The notes beneath the pieces were generated by a model that was not told the DNA's origin, searched no databases, and saw only the letters and a list, made by a program, of their open reading frames with translations. Below are positions 60,301-64,000 of a stretch of 64,000 nt of DNA, piece by piece. How positions within the stretch are numbered: position 1 is the first letter of the stretch; every line of letters starts with the position of its first letter. The DNA is taken from positions 339,729 through 403,728 of the forward strand of contig NW_003314272.1 of the NCBI RefSeq assembly GCF_000143415.4, in the 5' to 3' direction. The stretch is from Selaginella moellendorffii. Lineage: Eukaryota; Plantae; Lycopodiophyta. The position numbers and the translations under genes were made by a program.

Positions 60301-60514
60301 GTGCCTCAACACGCCCACGCATGGTATCCATCATGCCATGCATCTCGTCTTGCATCTCTTGCTGATTTTTATTAAGGGCTCGCAGCTCATGAACCACATC
60401 TTGAATGGTCCAAATCTCTGCAGCTTCGTCGGCACCATCGTCGGCACCACCGTCGGCACCACCGTCGGCACCACCATCGATGATAGGATTCCAGCGTTCA
60501 GCTTGGTCGGCCAT
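57317..60514 (-). CDS. gag-pol: Gag-Pol polyprotein (gag, CCHC knuckle, aspartic protease, RT, RNase H), truncated before integrase
   Basis: CHHCGELGHYKADC, ILLDSGS, KIDLRSGYHQI, MPFGLTNAP, FLDDILV, CDASGYALG; first ATG at 60514. Confidence 0.95.
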   Translation of the reverse strand: MADQAERWNPIIDGGADGGADGGADDGADEAAEIWTIQDVVHELRALNKNQQEMQDEMHGMMDTMRGRVEALEAGRGSAPSKPSLVDRLKIPTFSGDGGVDECLAWLANVKKFLAARGTPDAEALVAIPMVLRDAGLRWWNWLEESRVADKKPPVSTMDEFEAAFRLRFAPHYDMENARTELRHFQQGKMTLGDYIEKLTRLISRVPTKDPDQNKSYFIDGLHSESMRQHLRHSQPTKSLEELFDVARRLDNDKHKSRKRSRSPSVANRRDDRRGHKEGNKHHKLKSVVTTSDAKGSKKQKFFVKNYRQGCHHCGELGHYKADCPQLKNKQQDKKNGQSSSHGKSYTKKLQALQREDDENDHSGRRKRLSIVARQLNCVWNKMELEDTRESALMLEGVFRGDPVRILLDSGSDDNFVSAKFVAEHRLNTLGVVPYTVEGAATFAQHFDACVEGLEVLVGKTTLVETFYLADIHRVDLILGMPWLVKVDPEIKWSIKRISLEYGGVKDVWFGEGVQPPVVMLSATSLKRACRNGKALSSYLLFVRDLGDQGTCGGEAAVRDVLDEFSDVFPSELPHGLPPLRGVEHGITLEPGTRPIYRRPFRLSYAEEQEVQRQVKELLEFGFIQPSKSPFGAPVLLVKKKDGSMRMCIDYHALNKKTVKDKMPMPRVDDILDKLGEARVFTKIDLRSGYHQIAMDDASISKTAFNTSFGHFEFTVMPFGLTNAPATFTRLMTEVFGRYLHEFVEIFLDDILVFSKNMEEHRVHLRKVLSLLRDSKLYAKKSKCEFAKSEVEYLGHIVTSKGVKTDPRKVAVVENWPTPTTVAELRSFLGMASYYRRFQHKFAEVAILLTRLLRKNVPFEWKTPQEESFVALKRLLIEAPVLRIADPSKPYEVTCDASGYALGGVLMQEGQPIAYESRTLNSAEQRYSTYEQELLSIVHALRTWRHYLYGAVFVVLTDHKPLVYLFTQKELNTRQAHWMVKLMEFGEFPIEHRPGKSNVVADALSRVRHVTTLRTRFCHHLSKVVSEFGQLVEHAQAQDAEVASLRDQMEAPFSLVEWILLNSIL

Positions 60515-61528
60515 CGCAACCAATCCTCTGATACCAATGTTATGATCCGGCGCAAAAAGACAAAGATCTCGTTGCCCTAGACTATGCTACGCCACCTCTT
60601 GAGGTTCCTCACCACCCAACCACCCCCGAGCTACCTCAAAAGCTCCACTGCGCCGCCGTTCCACTGTGAGCCCTAGGGTAGGTTAAGTCCCTTACCCTAA
60701 CATGCCTTAATATACCCTTGAGCCTCCCTTTGACCGACGTTGACCACGTAGTCAAAGCTGGCGCCTAACACTTTTACTGAGGGATGTACATGTGGATACT
60801 AAGCAGTATTCAATGTTTAATTAGGAATTATTTTACAAACTTGTATTATAAAATTTTTTATATATTAATACTTTATTTAAGTTACATTATTATTAATTAA
60901 CATGACACATGCTAGATTATTTAATCATTTCAATAAATTTACTTCACTATGTTTTCCACTTATTCCAAATTTCTAAGGAAATAGTTTAAAGGGAAATATA
61001 GACTACATTATAGTGGAAGAGCACACAAGCATTCTCTTATGCAAGATTACCTTTTAGTGTAGATTGACTTAATTCTTTGATGTAATTACTTTTGAGTGTT
61101 TTGAGTGTTGAATTATTTATTATTCATATCCATTGCTACACTATCTTAATGCATAGCGATGGAATCCTTTTTCCACGAAGAATTTAACAAAACTATCAAT
61201 CTCAAGGACGATACCACCGGCAGTGTTAATCAGATAGAAAAGTGCAAAGATTTGTCCCAGGATTCCTTTGGATGAGTTTGCCACAGGTCGGTTTGAGTCT
61301 CGATGAATGTACAATGAGATTTTGAATGGAAGTGATCAGCACTTATCATACTTTGTGGTTAAAAAAGTACCATCAACCCATATGATCTGGACCTGAAGGC
61401 TCGGGAAGTGAGCAGACAGGTTCACAAGCAAGCCGTTCGTGCCTATAAATGGATTGTCCATATCATTTTGCATGGCAAGGAATCGTAGTGAAAATATATC
61501 CAGAATAGATTTCCTTTAGACTCGACTT

Positions 61529-64000
61529 AAGCGTGGTCTTGAAGCTTGCCATAAAGCAATGATATCAAGGTTGGGGAAGTAGTTCCCAGGTATTCAATGA
61601 GATAGCTTTGAAAGAAAGTCAATGGTCAAGAACTTTCACGCTTATGTATGAAACCATGTTACATTAATCGAATGACTTGCTAAGTGGCATTAGCAAGTCA
61701 GGGGAACAAATCCCTTAGTTGAAGGTGATAACTTCAAAAAGGGTGGCCCATGGGGCCAAGCATGAAGGAGTCCATGCATGATCACAGACTTGTCAAGTGA
61801 GAGGGTTTGGTAGTGTGAAGGAAGTAGCTTCCTAAGTTGTGATCTATAGCGTGTTTTAAGTATAAGTTGGTGCACCAACGTGGGGAGTCACGGTAGGTAT
61901 CCTGAGTGATGCCGTCCGTAGATGCATATATGGAGGTTGGGTTTGAGTCCCAACCCTTTAGTGCTTGGGTTTGAGTCCCAACTCATTAGGGCGCGGTGAT
62001 GGTTTGGAATATAAGGACACTCATTTTTTGGTGGTCATAGACTCTCAGTAAGGAGACTGGCTTGGGCATACCACCAAGCAGGGGATGCCCCGAAGTCGTG
62101 ATACACAGTTAGATTGTTTAGTGTGGCTTGGTGTAAGTGGCACAAAGCACGTGGTGAATGAGATGAGGACACTCAGTCTCAGTTGCTATGGACCTTTAGC
62201 TGAAAGGGCTGGCTTGGGCAAACCACCAAGTGTGGGGGATGCCCCTAGGGTCATGGTCAACAACTTAAAAATTTGGAAGACCTAGTATCTATTGGCAAAT
62301 TTATTAAGGTGCCAAGATGAGATCACTATGTGATTTTGTGGCTAAATAAGGACAAGATCCTTGTTTGGGTAAGGAATAAAGTTCCTAGTTTAAAGTATTG
62401 ATTTGAACTAATGATAATGGTGTGATTTGGTCAAGGTGACCAAGTGGGAAGAACACTTAAGGGAAATGAGCTATGTCAATGTGATGGCATAGTAAGTCCA
62501 AAAAAAGTAATCTCTATAAGAGACCCATGGAAGGGTCACAAAGTTGGGCCATGGATGAGGCCCGTAGCAAAAAATACTAAAAGACCTACTAAAGGTGAGT
62601 GCCCTGTTGACTCGGCAAAGTAGAGCCTTTGCCATGGAACCCAAAAGGATACCTCGAGAATGGAGGTAATCATCCTATATTGCTTGGTGCAACAATCAAC
62701 AGATAGAAGCAAAAGACTAGTGGCCAAGTGTGGGCCATAGAATTCATTAAAAGCAATCCCAATTGCAAAGTTAGGCAAAGAACACTAATGTGTTAAATGC
62801 TAACGGATTGTGGGAAAAGAAGTGTATTTCCAAGGATGGATTCCCAAATGCTCCAATTTAGCAAAGGTGAAAGCTCCAAGGAAGGGAGCGGCAAAGTAGC
62901 CAAATGATAGGGCTATGGACAGCTTTAGCACAACTTACGATAGTTGGAACTTAGCGCCAAAGGTGGCACAAAATAAAAAAGAGAATGATGGTGCCCTAAA
63001 GTAGAGAACTTTATAAGATGAGGAAGTGGAGTTGAGCAATATGTGCAATAAAAGGTGTCGAAGACACCTAAGAAATTGACTTCAAGAAGTCAAGATTAAA
63101 AATTCTAAAATGAAATGGTTATATCAATAGAAATTGAGACTACTTGAGAATGAGTAGCCAGATTGAGATAGAGAAGGTGTCTCTAACAGGTTTAACAAGA
63201 ATTAAACCAATGAAAGGGAGAGAACCACCACAGGTGGTCAATCAAGTATCTATGTTAGAGAGACTATGCTCTTTAAAGGATGGAGAAGGCATGGTGATTG
63301 AACCATTGACGAATATTGGCTAGGTGCCAAAAATGGGAAGGGTAATACATATTGGTATTACTTTATAAAATGGTTTACTGTTCGATGAGGACATCAAACT
63401 TCGTCTATGGGTGGTGGAGTTGTGAAACATAAATCCCTAAGCCGGAGCCAAAAGGGTGCCACGTGGTAGTGGCCAAAGTGAAAGCCAAATGAGCGTAACA
63501 CATTTGGACTAAAAGCTTCAACTTGAAAGGTCGAGAGCAGGAGTGGAACTCCCAACGACAAGCTTGAAGAACAAGCACGAAGTGAGCAATAAGTGAGTCT
63601 CTAGAAAAGGGACACGAGAGGACCAACACATGACACGTGGAGGAGTCCGAGATGGACCTGAGATGGACCTGAGATGGAGTTCGAGATGGAGTTTGAGATG
63701 GAGTCTGAGATGGACCCAAGATAGAGTCCGAGATGGACTCGAGATGGAGTCCAAGATGCACCTGAGATGGAGTTCGAGATGGACCCGAGATAGAGTCCGA
63801 GATGGACCCGAGATAGAGTCCGAGATGGACCTGAGATGGAGTCTGACATGGACCCGAGATGAAGTCCGAGATGGAATTGAGACCAAGACTAAGATCGAAT
63901 CCGAAACCGGGACCGAGACTAAATTTGAGTTCGAGTCCAAGTCCGAGTCCGAATACTAATACAGGTTGTTGGGTGAAAGCCCAAAGCGATCATCCCCCAG
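61529..64000 (+). mobile_element. Diverged family A fragment: internal 3' part, PPT (63409-63420), LTR from 63421 to window end
   Basis: Reverse-complement homolog of ~250-2842; TGTGAAACAT start; minisatellite ~63640-63950. Confidence 0.85.

Larger units (their letters stand above)
54588..60770 (-). mobile_element. Young Ty3/gypsy LTR retrotransposon
   Basis: LTRs 54588-54817 and 60538-60770 (TGTTA...TAACA; 1 substitution + 3-bp indel seen), TSD CTTTT both sides, iMet PBS 60526-60536, PPT 54818-54831. Confidence 0.97.

Noticed and set aside
61159-61515. Possible F-box-like pseudogene fragment (PRIPLDEFA...)
   Set aside because: Multiple stops and only faint resemblance; not supportable

Overview
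Repeat-saturated eukaryotic DNA, most likely a land plant. Evidence: tRNA-iMet-primed LTR retroelements, a GNA-type lectin and very short (~45-56 bp) GT-AG introns; a non-seed plant is a guess only. (1) 1-14241: a head-to-tail array (LTR-internal-LTR-internal-LTR, minus strand) of a non-autonomous LARD-like LTR element (family A). Its ~2 kb LTRs carry hypervariable 6/12-bp minisatellites, which generate all the long low-complexity ORFs. The array is nested in another LTR of the same family. (2) 14242-37690: two copies, in inverted orientation, of a large TIR DNA transposon (complete copy 24004-37690, 13.7 kb, 25-bp TIRs). It encodes a Sola-like DDD transposase and, divergently, a multi-exon cargo that I read as ParB/Srx-like domain + degenerate N4/N6 DNA-methyltransferase-like fold + acidic linker + FCP1/NIF-type HAD domain. 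About 30 copies of a 22-bp palindrome (consensus ATGGCGTG-N6-CACGCCAT) are scattered through the element, many inside ~50-bp phase-1 introns. This pairing of a ParB-like protein with dispersed palindromes is the best candidate for an undescribed system. (3) 37690-53105: two 100-N gaps, decayed Ty3/gypsy pol, solo or rearranged LTR elements. (4) 53593-54444: an intact, very AT-rich, intronless gene for a secreted protein with a C-terminal bulb-type mannose-binding lectin, the only clear host gene. (5) 54588-60770: a young Ty3/gypsy element (CTTTT TSD) with a nested solo LTR (ACGTC TSD). (6) 61529-64000: another family A fragment. All domain calls are by-eye motif recognition, not search results.
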